Position numbers and translations under genes: made by a program. 64,000 nt of DNA from Botryllus schlosseri (Eukaryota), in contig CM119371.1 of the NCBI GenBank assembly GCA_051294905.1, forward strand, positions 6,698,001 through 6,762,000, in the 5' to 3' direction. The notes below the pieces were generated by a model. That model worked only from the letters and a program-made list of their open reading frames with translations, was not told the DNA's origin and did not search any database. Numbering within the stretch: the stretch's first letter is position 1; every line of letters starts with the position of its first letter. Shown here one piece after another: positions 11,831-24,740 of this stretch.

Positions 11831-14472
11831 TCAGTTCATATCAAATCATCGTTGCGAGCACGATAAAGTCAAATGTCTGTACCGCAAGCTTAGCTCGTTT
11901 TGAGCTATACAGTTCTTCTGTAGCATTTGCAGGAAAACCGGAAATTAGATTAGAATAAAAATTAGAGAATAAAAACATTTCCGAAATTTCCGAAAGGAAA
12001 TATTTCACGCATTCGATAACTTGCATTTCAACCTAATTAGTCAAATTGGACAACTAAAATTATGTAGTTGTTCAAGAAGGTCTGGACAGTCTCCGCCTTT
12101 TTGGGTCAACTGTTTGATTTGGAGTCCGACTCGAGTTGTTACTTGGTGACTGCAGTGCGCTTCGCCCGGTCACTAGATGTTGACAAATTGAAGGAGGCGC
12201 TTATTGTAAGGAGTTCACGACAAATGTGAAATTTTGTCGGTGTCTGCTTCTGTGACAACCTGCGATCCAGTGATGGGGCTGGGGTTTGAATTTTACGACC
12301 TCTTCGTTTGGCTGCTTTGAGCCACCACATTCTTACTCCCCTTGAAACTTCGCCAGGTTTGCACTGCTTCACGGCCTCCTTGTTCTGCAAAAAATAGTAG
12401 TGAGTCAGTCAATGCTAGCATTGGAATCGCAGGCTGATAAGGTATTTCGAGAAAGCATCTTCTAGAGCAGTGGTTCTCAACGGGGGGTCTCAAAATAGTT
12501 GATAAGCTAATTTGTATTTTTTCAAATTCGGAAAATCGCTTCATTACTAATAAAACTCCAGAGCTGACATCAACAGAATGGCAGTCAGAGGTGAAATATC
12601 GGACTGTGAAGACTCATATTAATTGCTAAATTGCCGATAACCTACGCATACATACATTTTACTGTTAGGAGATGTTTTGTTGGATGAATAAGGTCAAGCA
12701 TGGTGACTCCGAAATGTTTAAAAAAAAACATTTTCTCCTTTGATAACCATTTTTCAATAATAACTTCAAGATAAGCTGCTAGATAGAAATGATCACGATT
12801 GACGTTATATCAGGAGCGTGTAACTTCTCCTCCAGGTCAGATATGGAAAAATTAGGTACTAGGAGGGTCGGATTCTTGAATTGATACATGAACTGCGTAT
12901 TTATCCAATCCACCAATATATCTATTGTAACCTTCAAGTTCAAAGTAGAGACCAAAACGGTGATTATTGGATTATTCGTAATGTAATTCGATAGCTGTTG
13001 AAGTCAATGAGACATCTGTGGTAATCAAAGTTGTCAAAAAGTTCTTTAAACTCTGGCTGCGTAGAAACCCATGGGAGAGAATGCAAGTGAACGTCAGTTA
13101 TTAATGTTTGTGGTAGAAAATGTTTGCTCACAACTGTATGTAGACCCGCGCGGGTCACGTTATCATGGGAGACCGGAGACTGTTCGTCAATTTTAGTGTC
13201 ATATTTATTGCGTTCATACCCAAATGAGTCGTCGGAAGCGTTACGCTTTATTATTACATTCGCATTCACATAGGGTTAGCCTCTACGTCCTGTTTTTTCA
13301 GGTTTTTGAAAACGTCCTCCGAGGACGCCTAAATGTCCTGCATTTTGGCAATTCGTCCTCCTTTACAGCTTTTACAGGTAAGATAATGGATGAATTCGAG
13401 TGAAAACGTGCATAAATGATGCTAAATAAGGAATTCGTGGTTCGATCGAAAGTGATGACCTGTTTTTTCAAGTCAACACCACCAATTTTAAGTAAAAAGT
13501 GTGTAAAACGGGATTCGAACGAAAGTGATGACCTTTTATTTAGTCGAGCAACCCTCAAGTCAAGAAAAATTTTTGACGTTTCTTCCGAATGTTACTCCAG
13601 TACTGTAAGTCTGAAAATTTTGAAAAAGCTTCCTCTTTTCAGATTTCCAAAATATGGTAATGATAACCCTACTTGAAAAGCAATAATTTACTCATACTGG
13701 AGTGAACTTTGCATCGCTACTTTTACTTGGAGTAGCTTTTTCGATCATTTACGATCACGCATACGGGCTCATGCAATCGCAGATTGTTATTCTTATTCTT
13801 ACTAACTTTTCCGAAACAGCTAAGAGATTTTACTCCTGTGCAATATTTATTGCATGATTTCTTTGTCAGCTCGGAATGAGTAAATACTGGATTTAGACGT
13901 AGGTAGAATGCAAATATTGGTATGCTCATGTCACGAGAGATAGCATGGTCCTATGAATATCTGTGGGATTTCATACTGAAATCTACAACAACGCGGACAG
14001 AATGTTTTCTATATATTTGTTACACTGTTTCCAATTCTGGACATGTCACAATATTTCGGAGTAACTCACCTGAAGTCATAACGATTCCTGAAAATCTTGA
14101 TATTGAGATCTTGTCTTTTGGCTGGTGCTGACAAGGTCTGGAAGAAAATCTCACAATTACACAGCCGGAAAATGGACTTGAACTAGATTGGACAACTGGA
14201 AAATTCTCAGCTTATCCAAATTATATTAGAGTTGCAGCTACATAGATTTTCCGAATTTGCGTAGAATCAGAAGTCTAGCTATACAGTTATTTCCAAACTA
14301 GATTTGAATTATAATTATACTCAGCTTTGTCCCAATTAGATTAGATTAGAATGACTGAATTTGCTAAAACTTTGATATTGAATCAACTTCCGTTAATATC
14401 AAATCATGGTTCAATCTTAGGAGCATGACTTGAGTATAGCATGTTGCATGAGAATAGCAAATGTCTGTAGAG

Positions 14473-16873
14473 CAGTGGTTCTCACCCTTTATGTCTTCAT
14501 TCCCCACTTGAGATTATTTCTGAGCCTTTATTCCTCACTACCCAAAACTTTGGTCATTTTGGAGCAGCTATTTGCTTGTTTGAACACACAATACACACAA
14601 CCATACCAGTACGCAAGACAATCACCTGTAACTGCAACATAAAACCTTCTGTGAACGGATACCGGCAACCCTCAAAATTTGGGGAAAGCGTTATTTCAGG
14701 TCATGCTGGATGCGTTTGTGACACCATGTTTGGCTATCCAGAGTTAAAAATGAGTTTTTGTGAACAACACACAATATTATTTCCGCTACATACATTTCAG
14801 AGCAGTTAACTGGTATCGGTAATTGTGAATGTATCTCCGTAAATATGTAGACCAGTGATTCCCTCAGATAGCCTTATTGCGGCCCCCAAAATATATTAAG
14901 AAATTTATTTATGACAAAAAATAAAATTTATATTTATAAAATACTCTTGCTTGGTTTGGCCTCTGTAGTTTTTAATTATAGGATTGCAGGAAAGTTGTGA
15001 GTGAGACTGCTAACGTTACGTTACTGCTGTTTCAATGCAATGTGCCCTAACTTTTAAGTTGAACGGGCAGTAGCTATAGATATAAATAGGTATTGATAAC
15101 TTTCAAAACCGGAGCAAAATCCTGATAAAATGGTAAATTTTCCCCACTTTGTGGTCGCTTGACTAAAAAAGAAAAAGAGGCTCAACTCCCGGAAAACACA
15201 GTTTTTCTTTCACATTAACAGTTGGTTGACCGAAAAAAGTCAACTTTCCGGTCAAGCTTCCGAAATAGTCGCCGTAGCGTTCCCACAGTGCTGACTTAAT
15301 GTATATCAGTCGAATTTGGCCCTATATGTAACCGAAATCCCAAAAATAAGACAAAATCTCAAAAAAGAAGACATTTGGGCGACCTCCGAGGACAATTTAA
15401 AATTAAATCGAAAAAGAGGACAAATCATCTTAAAAGAGGGCGTATGGTAATTCTATGATAACTAGATGTGCAACACCTGACTCGCGGTTGAATACACCGA
15501 GAGGCATACTGCTTAGCCGGCTAAAATCAGCATAATTAGTAGTCCTATAGTCAGGGCCGTAGCTGTCGCACCCCAAACCCCCCAATTGAGCGGGGCCGAG
15601 CTCGAAGGGGGCCCAAAATTATTTCGTGAGTTAGCATAAATTAAAGAGTATTTTTTGAAAATTTATGCAACTTTTTCAAAAAAAATTCGCGCTTTGAGCG
15701 ATTTCAATTCGCTACATATCTTGATTATTGGGTACTCTCCCCCAACGTTTTAGGCAATGTAACATGTGACTCCAAGAAGTGCGTCAGAACGATCGGCAGC
15801 GAGAAAGTATTGGCCGTAAAGGACTGCTTCGAAATACCAAAAAAATCGTTATACATACAAAATACATATAGGTTTAATTGTCCATACAGGCACCTAAATT
15901 ACTGGTGCCGAATGTTCTTGTCTTGACGATCTGAACTTCACAAGACAAATACCATCCCGCAGGAAAGAAAATTATATGACAGTGAATAAATACCAATGTA
16001 AAATCGTGTGATCTTTCAGTTTAGTAGGTTTGGGCAATTCTACATTTTTTGATATAGCAGACAGGAAAACATCATGTAAAGAAGTCATGCCTAGAGGTTC
16101 TCCCGCCCGAAGATGTTTAATTTTAGGGGGTCTGCAGTTTCAAAGACACCTCTCACTCAGCTCTACCGGTAAATCTGATTACGTGGGCAAAGACGACAAC
16201 GATGCAATCTCCGATCTTATACACCGATTTTATCATGAATTATTGAAATATTTCCGCGTCGCGCTGTCTCACTAAACAGTACAACTTTAATTTCGTGGCA
16301 AAAGCGAACAACGTGATGCGGGGTCAGTTTATCACCCTATAGGAGCCTGGTATCCTGACGAAGTGCTGTTACGTTCCTGCCAACGGGTATACCCCCGGAG
16401 AGGTTTAATTACTATTGAGGGGGCCTATACCTTTTCAAACACACCTCACTTAGGTCAACCGGTAAATCAGTTTACGTGAACAGAGACAGGATGAAAATTG
16501 ATAGCAATACATGCAATTCCCGATCATATTGACCGATTCAGTCATGAAACGAAAGAAATTTCTCGCGCTTCGCACGTTTAGGCGGGAAAATCTGATTCAC
16601 TCAACGGACACCCAATGCAGCAGATAAGTAGCGGTAAACAGTGTACAGTTTTGAAATCTCGTCAGGGCAATAAAACTACTCCGAAATAGCCACGATGACT
16701 GTTTGGTATTCGCTATTCGTGCGGCCCCGACCGTACTCTTAAATTCTAAATTTGGCCCTCACACCGAAAAAGTTTGGGAACCACTGATGTAGACTGTCCT
16801 GTAGCCTATGCAGTCATTACCAAATGGGTCAATTCCACACCAGAAACCTTCCAATTCCCAACGGGAACTACTG
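14473..16873. mobile_element. hAT MITE containing a nested hAT element at 14853-16786
   Basis: Outer cagtggttctc / gggaactactg with TSD ctgtagag; inner cagtgattccc / gggaaccactg with TSD atgtagac. Confidence 0.8.
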
Positions 16874-17258
16874 CTGTAGAGCAAGCATGGCTCGTTTCGC
16901 ACTACTATACAGTTCTCCTGTAGCATTTACAGGAAAACCAGAAAGTGGATTAGAATTAAAATTAGACCATAGAAACGGTTCACAAATTAGATCAGAAGTA
17001 GATTACCGGTACCAGCATGTAGGAAGATTTCTTTGGTTATTAGACTCTGCCCTGTGCCCAATGTCACATCAACGATGTAATCAACTATCCCATAAAAGAG
17101 TTCAAGCATTAAAGTTACAACTTGGTTGAATCTGATGCATAGAAAATCCTTGCCCGTGATGATAAAGAAAGGATACACCGGGTTACAAACTATTCAAATC
17201 TGAACTTTACAGTCAGAGTCAACCAATGTGTTACCTGTTGTTACAGATAAAAATTAGG

Positions 17259-17692
17259 TTGGGTTACCATGCTTTGGAGTCGGGAAAGGAGGACACTTCT
17301 ACCAAATCATAAAACTTAGTTTCAGAACAAAACTGAAAGCAGCAGAATTTGCTATATTCACTGGAAATTATGTTGAGTTCATTACAAAAAAAGATCATCA
17401 CTTTTACTAGACTTCTGGTTTACCCAATTTTTAATTGAATTTTGTGGTATTCACTAAAAAAAGATCCCCACTTTCATGTAGCTTCCGAATGACTCTCTCG
17501 AACGTCCGTATTGCCTATTTCAGGTTATTTATGTCGATTTTCAGTTGAATATGTTTGTTCTTCTAGCTATAAAAGCTGTAAAGGAGGACCGATTGCTAAA
17601 AAGGACGACATATACTCGTCCTCGAAGGACATTTCTAAAAACCTGAAGAAGGACGAAAAATCCTTCCTAAAGGAGAACGTATGGTAACCCCA
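17259..17692. mobile_element. MITE with gggttaccat / atggtaaccc termini
   Basis: Imperfect 8-bp TSD aaattagg/aaatcagg; absent at the paralogous sites in units 1 and 4. Confidence 0.65.
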
Positions 17693-18300
17693 AAATCAGG
17701 TCGTTACTTGTGATTGAATTGAGTTTATTGAGAATAATTGTGTCATTTCAAAACACCCCACCGCACCTTAGCATTGATGGCAAATAATCGAATCCAAAAT
17801 CATTCATAAATTCAGAATTACTCACTTTCATCTCCCGAATTGAACTGTCAGACATTGATGCATGTCGGATTCCAACTGATTGAGATTGTCATGCAAACTT
17901 CTTTTATCACCAAAGCCACTTCCCATCGTTATAAGTTATGATATTGTGATTGCAATCCACTGTAAAAAATTGAAAAGAGTGGTTATGAAAAGTAACATCA
18001 ATGAATGTATTGTATATACACCACAGGTTGCTCAAACCAGGCTATCGTACAAGATGTGGTAGATAACGACTTGCCGATAGTCGCCTCATAATCAAAATGG
18101 TTTGTTAAGTAACATGGAAAAAATTCGGATTTCTTGATCATGGATAGCAAACAAATAATGACACACAATAAAGACAACAAGATAAATCAAAATTACATCC
18201 GATTTAATTTCGTACTAGGATATAAAGTTGTAACTTGGCTCAAAAAGTGGCTCAACAAGGAAGACATCCACAATTTTTTGAAATTTTCATGCATTGAATC

Positions 18301-19396
18301 CAGGGATATCTAGAACTTCTAGATCAGTGGTTCTCAACCTTTTTGTCTTCGCGGACCCCTTTTGAACCGTCACGGACCCCGCGGACCCCCCGAAGATTCA
18401 GGTCAAATTTAGCTCAATTATCATGCAATCGTCATCTGTCTTCTGAAAATGATAACTGTAGGGTAGTGATAAAAAGCAACAAAATGACCTTTCTTGGAAA
18501 TAAATCGTACTATTTTTGTAGAAATAGGGTTGACTTTATATTTCAAAGCGAACTCTGCAACCGCCCCAAAGATTCACTTCAAATTTACCTCTTTTATCGT
18601 GCGACCGTTTTCTGGCCCCTGCAAATAACAACTGTATAGGATAGCAATAAACAGCAACGAAGTGACCACTGACGATTCTTGAGAAAAACATGCTAGCCGT
18701 TTATTTATGTAGAAATTGGAAATACTTTTATTAATTTGAAGGAAATTCTGAAGAGAAATATTTTGAAATGCGTGAGCGTGTCTTGAAAATAAGCGCCTTC
18801 AATTCGGTATAAACGAGCGTTGAAAATCCGTTTTCACAAAGAGAGGTGGTGGCGAATGTAATAACGTAACATAACGTAACGCTTTCGACGATACATTTGG
18901 GTGTGATAGCAACAAATATGGCACCGAAATTGACAAACTAATTTTTTCATTGAACATATACCGTCCAGCCTTGTCATTTCTATGGTAGTAGCTCATCTTG
19001 AAGTTATTATGGAAAAATGGTTATGAATATCACAGGAGAAAAAGGATTTTTATAAACATTTCCAAGTCACTATGATTGACTAATCAAACTTTTTATTTTT
19101 ACACAATCTCCAACAAGACACCTCCATACAGCAAAATATTTGTATCAGTAAGCTATTGGCAATTTAGCAATTAAAATGAGTCTGCGCAGTAGGATATTTC
19201 TTATCAGACGGTCATTCTGTTTATGTGAGTTCTACTAGTAATGAAGCGAAACTGTGATTTTCCTAAATAAAAAAACTCAAAATGAGGTTATCAACTATTT
19301 CGTAAATTTAGAGGCTTCGCGGACCCCCTGAAAATGCTTCCAGGACCCCCGGTTGAGAAACGCTGTTCTAGATAGTTCTAGTTCTAGATATCCCTG
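18301..19396. mobile_element. Miniature P-like element (47 bp net) carrying a nested hAT MITE
   Basis: cagggatatctagaac / gttctagatatccctg termini, 8-bp TSD attgaatc; site is empty in unit 1 (~7605). Confidence 0.8.
18325..19365. mobile_element. hAT (Charlie/Buster-like) MITE
   Basis: cagtggttctcaacc / ggttgagaaacgctg; TSD ttctagat. Confidence 0.85.
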
Positions 19397-20211
19397 ATTG
19401 AATCATTGAATGCAGTGGGTTATTTCATACTGAATTATTGGAAGGGTAAAACTTATGTGACTTACTGTAAACAATAGATTCCCAACTCCTGATAAGGGCC
19501 ATATCACCCTAGAGGGATCAATTGTGCAAGTCGTCAAAACGAACAACCATATCTATATTGGGTAAGGTAGTAAATATATGATGGGCTGCTCGACTAGAAT
19601 TACTGGCATGATTATGAACTTTTGTACAAGTCTTGAAGAATATTTCCACAAAATTACTGGCTACTATTGCTATCACATTCATCAAATGATACGAATCTAC
19701 CGAAAAGTAGTTTATATGAAAAATTGAACATACGGATACAAAGTTCTGCCGATTTGAAACAAAAAAATGCACAATAGTTCTGCCGATTTGAAACAAAAAA
19801 AATGCACAATCTTGAACGCAATTGCCGTATGATGCATATAGCTTCATGAGGTGATATTTTTATTCATGTCTCGGCTGCAGATTTGTACAAACTACCAATC
19901 CAGTTGGTTTATGGCCAAAAGTAGTTACAGATGCAAATTTCAAAGCAAGCAGTTTAGCGTGAATAGAGATACTGGTGTTCTGTTGTGTGACGTTCTTGCA
20001 GCTATTGCTAGCTTGGCGTCAACACTACTAATAATAATGGCGTGGCCAGGGAATGGGTTTTGAGGGTCAAAAACTGTCCATTTCGAACTCCAAACCTTCA
20101 AACACAGATTCTGTCTCCAAGTCAGAGTAATTTGCATTAGAAGTACCCTAATGCACTCGCTTAAGAACTGAAAATCCAATAATTGCACAAGTTTGCTCAG
20201 TTGAGTGCAAT

Positions 20212-21840
20212 CTATATCTTAACAAATATGGATTTGTAAATTGGAAAACATTGATCTACTTTTGGCTTCACTATAGTCCATTTGTCTTGCGATATATCAT
20301 ACTTTTCAATTGCATCAGAAGTTTCTCCATCTGTTACTGCAAAAATGCACTTGTCAATGTGATGCGCAGAAACTCGATAATGACGATCATTCATAGAAGA
20401 CAATGAAGTCCACTGAGCTGAAGTAACATTGTAACATTCTACGCTGTTGAGTTCCTTGCCTCCATCCCATCCACCGATCACAAAAATCTTTTGATCAACT
20501 GCAACAACACCACTCGCACAAACAGGATATCTCATTGGGTCGAGATCAACCCACTCTGATGCGGATGAACTGCGTCTGCTGAATGAAGAAACTATGACAT
20601 GATCTTGTCGTGAACCTCCGATACAATAGATGGAATCATCCAATGATACGAGACTTGCATCACATATCGCTGTAGGTGTGTCTTTTAGTTGAATCCATTG
20701 ATTCACGAGGGAAGTAAATATTTCCACATGACTTGTTGCTTCAAAAACACTTCCTCCAACAACGAATATTGATCCCAACGAAGGAACTGCACGAGGAATG
20801 GGTCCATGGTCACAAATCATATCTTTCATCCTTTCCCATTTTGAATTTTTGCTCTGAAAATTGAGTCGATGAACTGATTTATTCCTACATAAAACGTAGA
20901 TATACGAGTCTAGAGAAATCACTGAGAACTGTTTTAAATTCGTGAACTTCTCATCATGGAACTTCTCTACTTTCTCAGTTACTGGATTGAAGGATTGGAT
21001 ACAATCTGTCTCATCATCAAAAAGAAGTATCAATTCATCATCGCCAATTTCTTCATACTTTTTGTGCGATTCTTTTGGAGCTTCTAAAAGATGTCTATTG
21101 ATCAACTTGTACAATCCAAAGTCGTTTCTGATAATTTGGTTTGATTTCAAAAGACACTCTAAAAATCCCGGAGAGACTTTATCAAACTTGACCGCTTCCA
21201 GACACTTGTGCAAATGTTCCTGATTTTTCCCATTTTTTTCAACCCAATTGAACAACAATGTTAGTTTGTCTTCTTCACATAACTTAGATTTTTCAGACTT
21301 CACATAATTGAGGATGTTAGTTTTTTCAGTATATCCAAAGTCAGGTTGGTTTGATATTTCCATGATATTTTCATGAAAAAATACTCTACATCGCGTAGAG
21401 ACGGCACCCAGTCCATACATATCGGCGACATTTCTTGTGGAAAAGTAATTTTCTACATCAACTGATTCCTCCAACACATCAGATACTGCCTGTTTCACAT
21501 CATCCAACTGCATCATTATTGCGACATGAAGAAGATCATTCATCTTTTCATCAGGAATCTCAAATTTACCCGAATATATGAAGTCGATGCAGCTTTTCAC
21601 ACACATAGAATCAACCTCTTTCAAAACAACTATTCCTTCGCGACTTTCTTTGGTATCGTGCTTTAACATCGCTTTGAAATAAGCACAACCAGCCGACAAT
21701 ACATTTCTGTGAGTGTAATAGACATCATCTCCTACTTGAATTGTGAAATCACAATGATCGTTCTCTTGCTTCATTCGATGTAATTCTTCCATCATCTTCA
21801 TTGAATGGTTCTCCACATTTGGACACACAATCTGCACCAT
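20212..21840 (-). CDS. Kelch-like protein (BTB-BACK-Kelch), intron-less, copy 2
   Basis: Uninterrupted ORF collinear with copy 1; same BTB and GG..Y..W Kelch motifs; ATG at 21840. Confidence 0.92.
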   Translation of the reverse strand: MVQIVCPNVENHSMKMMEELHRMKQENDHCDFTIQVGDDVYYTHRNVLSAGCAYFKAMLKHDTKESREGIVVLKEVDSMCVKSCIDFIYSGKFEIPDEKMNDLLHVAIMMQLDDVKQAVSDVLEESVDVENYFSTRNVADMYGLGAVSTRCRVFFHENIMEISNQPDFGYTEKTNILNYVKSEKSKLCEEDKLTLLFNWVEKNGKNQEHLHKCLEAVKFDKVSPGFLECLLKSNQIIRNDFGLYKLINRHLLEAPKESHKKYEEIGDDELILLFDDETDCIQSFNPVTEKVEKFHDEKFTNLKQFSVISLDSYIYVLCRNKSVHRLNFQSKNSKWERMKDMICDHGPIPRAVPSLGSIFVVGGSVFEATSHVEIFTSLVNQWIQLKDTPTAICDASLVSLDDSIYCIGGSRQDHVIVSSFSRRSSSASEWVDLDPMRYPVCASGVVAVDQKIFVIGGWDGGKELNSVECYNVTSAQWTSLSSMNDRHYRVSAHHIDKCIFAVTDGETSDAIEKYDISQDKWTIVKPKVDQCFPIYKSIFVKI

Positions 21841-22704
21841 GATTGTCAATCATACACAATAGTCTATATAGAATGATCCTATGATTATTATGAAATAGTG
21901 AAGCCCTGTTATTGAAGTAAAGATGATTAGTCAAAATTGAAGGGTTATGTCAAAAATTGTCAAAATTTTTTTGACGTCTTCATTTCGTTTGTATCGTAGA
22001 TTTTGCTATGTCGGTGAACGTACCATTTGATATTTTACAGCTTGTAGCCTATGTTATAGGCCTACCGTTGCAGACTGCACAATGTCTGCTCCTTGTGAAT
22101 CATAAACAGTTACAAGCACACACACTCTCACTACTAATAAGTACTACAGGGTTGGTTCGATTATGTTCACAATAAGAGCAATTCTGTTCACAATAAGAGC
22201 AGTCTCATGTTTACAATAAGAGCAGTCATGTTCACAATAAGAGCAGTCTCATGTTCACAATAAGCGCAGTCGTTGTATTCGCAATAACATCAGTCGCAGC
22301 ACCACCATATCCCCCGGACACGATGTCCGAGTGGCAACATAGTCCGAACACAGCCCAGACATGATGTCCGCACACCCCCAGACACGATGTCCGAGTGTCA
22401 ACGCAGTCCGAACACACCCCAGACACGATGTCCGAATGCCCCCCCCCCCCCCCCAGACATGATGTCCGACCACCGCCCATACATCCTCCATACACCATGT
22501 CCGAACTCACCACGCTCTTATTGTGAACATGAGACTGTTCTTATTGTGAACATGACTGCTCTTATTGTGAACATGAGACTGTTCTTATTGTGAACATGAC
22601 TGCTCTTATTGTGAACATGAGACTGTTCTTATTGTGAACATGGCTCTTCTTATTGTATTATCATGTCTGGGGTATCTTCGGACTGCATTGACACTCTGGA
22701 CATC

Positions 22705-23250
22705 ATGTCTTATTTTTCCAATAGTCTGCCTCCTGTGTTTGATGACTTTTTCATACCTGCTAAACATGTCCATTCCCATTACACGAGATCTTCGTCTAAA
22801 GGAAACGTCTACTTACCCCAACCCAATAGCAACCTAACTAAGAGATCTATCGACTACTCGGGACCTATCATCTGGAATGCATTACCATCACATATCCGTG
22901 AATTGCCTTATAATAGATTCAAAAAAGCCCTACTTGATCACCTCTTGTCGTTACACTAACACTATTGCCTACCTCGCCCAGACATTGCTTCATTGATCAT
23001 TTGCTACCATTGTTTAATTTTTTTTTCTATTTTCCTTTCCTAACTAAACATTTCTTACAGCCAGACTGTTCTGAGTCAAGTGTACCTGTTTGATGCTGGT
23101 GTGATCAGACTAGATGACCTTCATGGTCTTATCGATCATTCCTATCTAATACCGAATACTGTGCACGCATATTTTCTGTACCACCATCACTGCCGTTTGT
23201 TATGTATTTTGGTTCGATGAAAATAAAGACTCTCTCTCTCTCTCTCTCTC
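22705..23250 (+). mobile_element. 3' fragment of a second CR1/L2-group LINE family
   Basis: ORF2 C-terminus HSHYTRSSS..SIDYSGPIIWNALP..FKKAL, aataaa, (ct)n tail. Confidence 0.8.
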
Positions 23251-23682
23251 ATGACTGAGGTGTGTCCGCACTGCGTTGCCAATCGGAAATCGTGTTCGGA
23301 CATCATGCCCCGGCCTGTGTTCAAATATCAAGTCTAGGGTGTGTTCATAAAATTATGTTTGGGGTGTCTTCGGACTGCGTTGACACTCGGACATCATGTC
23401 TGGGGCGTGGCGAGTTCGGACATCGATCTGGAGGATGTCTGGGGGGGTATTCGGACATCATGTCTGGGGTGTGTCTGGGGAAGGGGCGTTCGGACATCGT
23501 GTCTGGGGTGTGTTCTGAGAATTCGGACTGCGTTGACACTCGGACATCGTGTCTGGGGGTGTTCGGGCATCATGTCAGGAGTGTGTTCGAACTGCGTTGA
23601 CACTCGGACATCGTGTCTGGGGGTGTTCGGACATCATGTCCGGGGGATATGGTGGTGCTGCGACTGATGTTATTGTGAATAC

Positions 23683-23931
23683 TGTTATGTTCGTGCATTT
23701 ACGTTCGGTGTCGTAGAACTCTTTCTTTCTATAGGATTAGTAATTTCAGCCAATCATTATTTCCTCGTGTGTCATGCTTGTATTTATACCCTGTGTTCTC
23801 GGGGTCTTTTCATTTAACTGAACTCTGGATCGTGTCGCCTGCCGTTAAGTTATACTGCTGATAATATACTGACTTCTTATTGCAACCTCGTCGCATTGAG
23901 TTATTGTTCAAACAAGATCAGGAACATAACA
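23683..23931 (+). repeat. 5' LTR (249 bp)
   Basis: tgttatgttc...gaacataaca; differs from the 3' LTR by one 7-bp indel and one substitution as read by eye. Confidence 0.93.
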
Positions 23932-23933
23932 AT

Positions 23934-23951
23934 TGGTGTCAGAAGTCGGAT
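23934..23951 (+). promoter_or_regulatory. Primer-binding site, tRNA-Leu-like
   Basis: tggtgtcagaagtcggat 2 nt after the LTR; complementary to a tRNA-Leu 3' end (...acttctgacacca). Confidence 0.75.
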
Positions 23952-23981
23952 TCAAAGTTATTTCTGCGACGAAGATAAAGC

Positions 23982-24740
23982 ATGGATTCAGGTATACTGA
24001 AGCTGCTCGAGAAGCAGCAGGCAATGATGGCGAGCCTACATGAAACAATGGCAAATCAAAAAGCACAGCGTAAAGAAGATATGGAGCAGCAAAATGCTCG
24101 GCACAGGGAAGATTTGGACCAACAACGCGCACAGCATAAAGAAGATATGGCACAGCAAAAGCTGCAGCATGAGCAAGCCATATCGCAATTAGCGCAGAGG
24201 TTGAGTCCCGGTGCGTCAACATCTGAAGCTACTGCTCCCAAGTTTGATTCTTTCATCAAATCAAAGGAGAAATGGGACCAGTATCTGCAGCGATTCAACC
24301 ATCACCTAGCAATTTACGGCATTTCCAACATGGAGAAGAAAAGAGCGTGTCTACTCTCATGGGTTGGACCTGAAACGTACTCGCTCCTACGTAATTATTG
24401 TTTGGTGCTGCTGATGTCAGTGCGCAAACCTTCGACGCGTTGACTGAGAAGTTATCTACACACTTCAAGGACTCAATTCATGTGCAAGCAGCCAGGTACG
24501 AATTTTACAACTGTAAAATGCAACCGGGACAATCGTACGCCGATTGGATCGCAACTCTACGCGGAATCTCCAAGGATTGCAACTTCATATGCTCAAGAGA
24601 TGGCTGTGATCAGAGCTACGTTGATGAGCTAATGCGCGATCTCATCATTAAAGAGACGCCGCACGCGGATGTGAGACGGCATTGTCTAACACAAACCAAA
24701 TCCATCCCTCGACGACGTTCTCAAAGTAGCCGCAACACAC
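23982..24740 (+). pseudogene. gag: gag, broken by two frameshifts
   Basis: Frame switches near 24396 (RN/LFGAAD) and near 24695 (LTQ/PNPSLDDVLKVAATHVR); Mag-type gag motifs W..YLQRF, R..FYNCKMQ.G.SYADW. Confidence 0.8.

Larger units (their letters stand above)
13790..18200 (-). pseudogene. Paralogous decayed glycoprotein-like ORF, unit 2 (split by insertions)
   Basis: Blocks 13790-14165, 17020-17250 and 17700-18200 align by eye to unit 1; GGG AGA TGA AAG TGA at ~17822-17836. Confidence 0.4.

Noticed and set aside
12964..13676. Short ORFs and repeat fragments between units
   Set aside because: Look like degraded TE pieces; no family or boundaries could be supported.
22160..22660. CRISPR-like regular 20/22-bp repeats (also 28486-28600)
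   Set aside because: No unique spacers and no cas genes; eukaryotic context; they are minisatellite arms of a foldback element.
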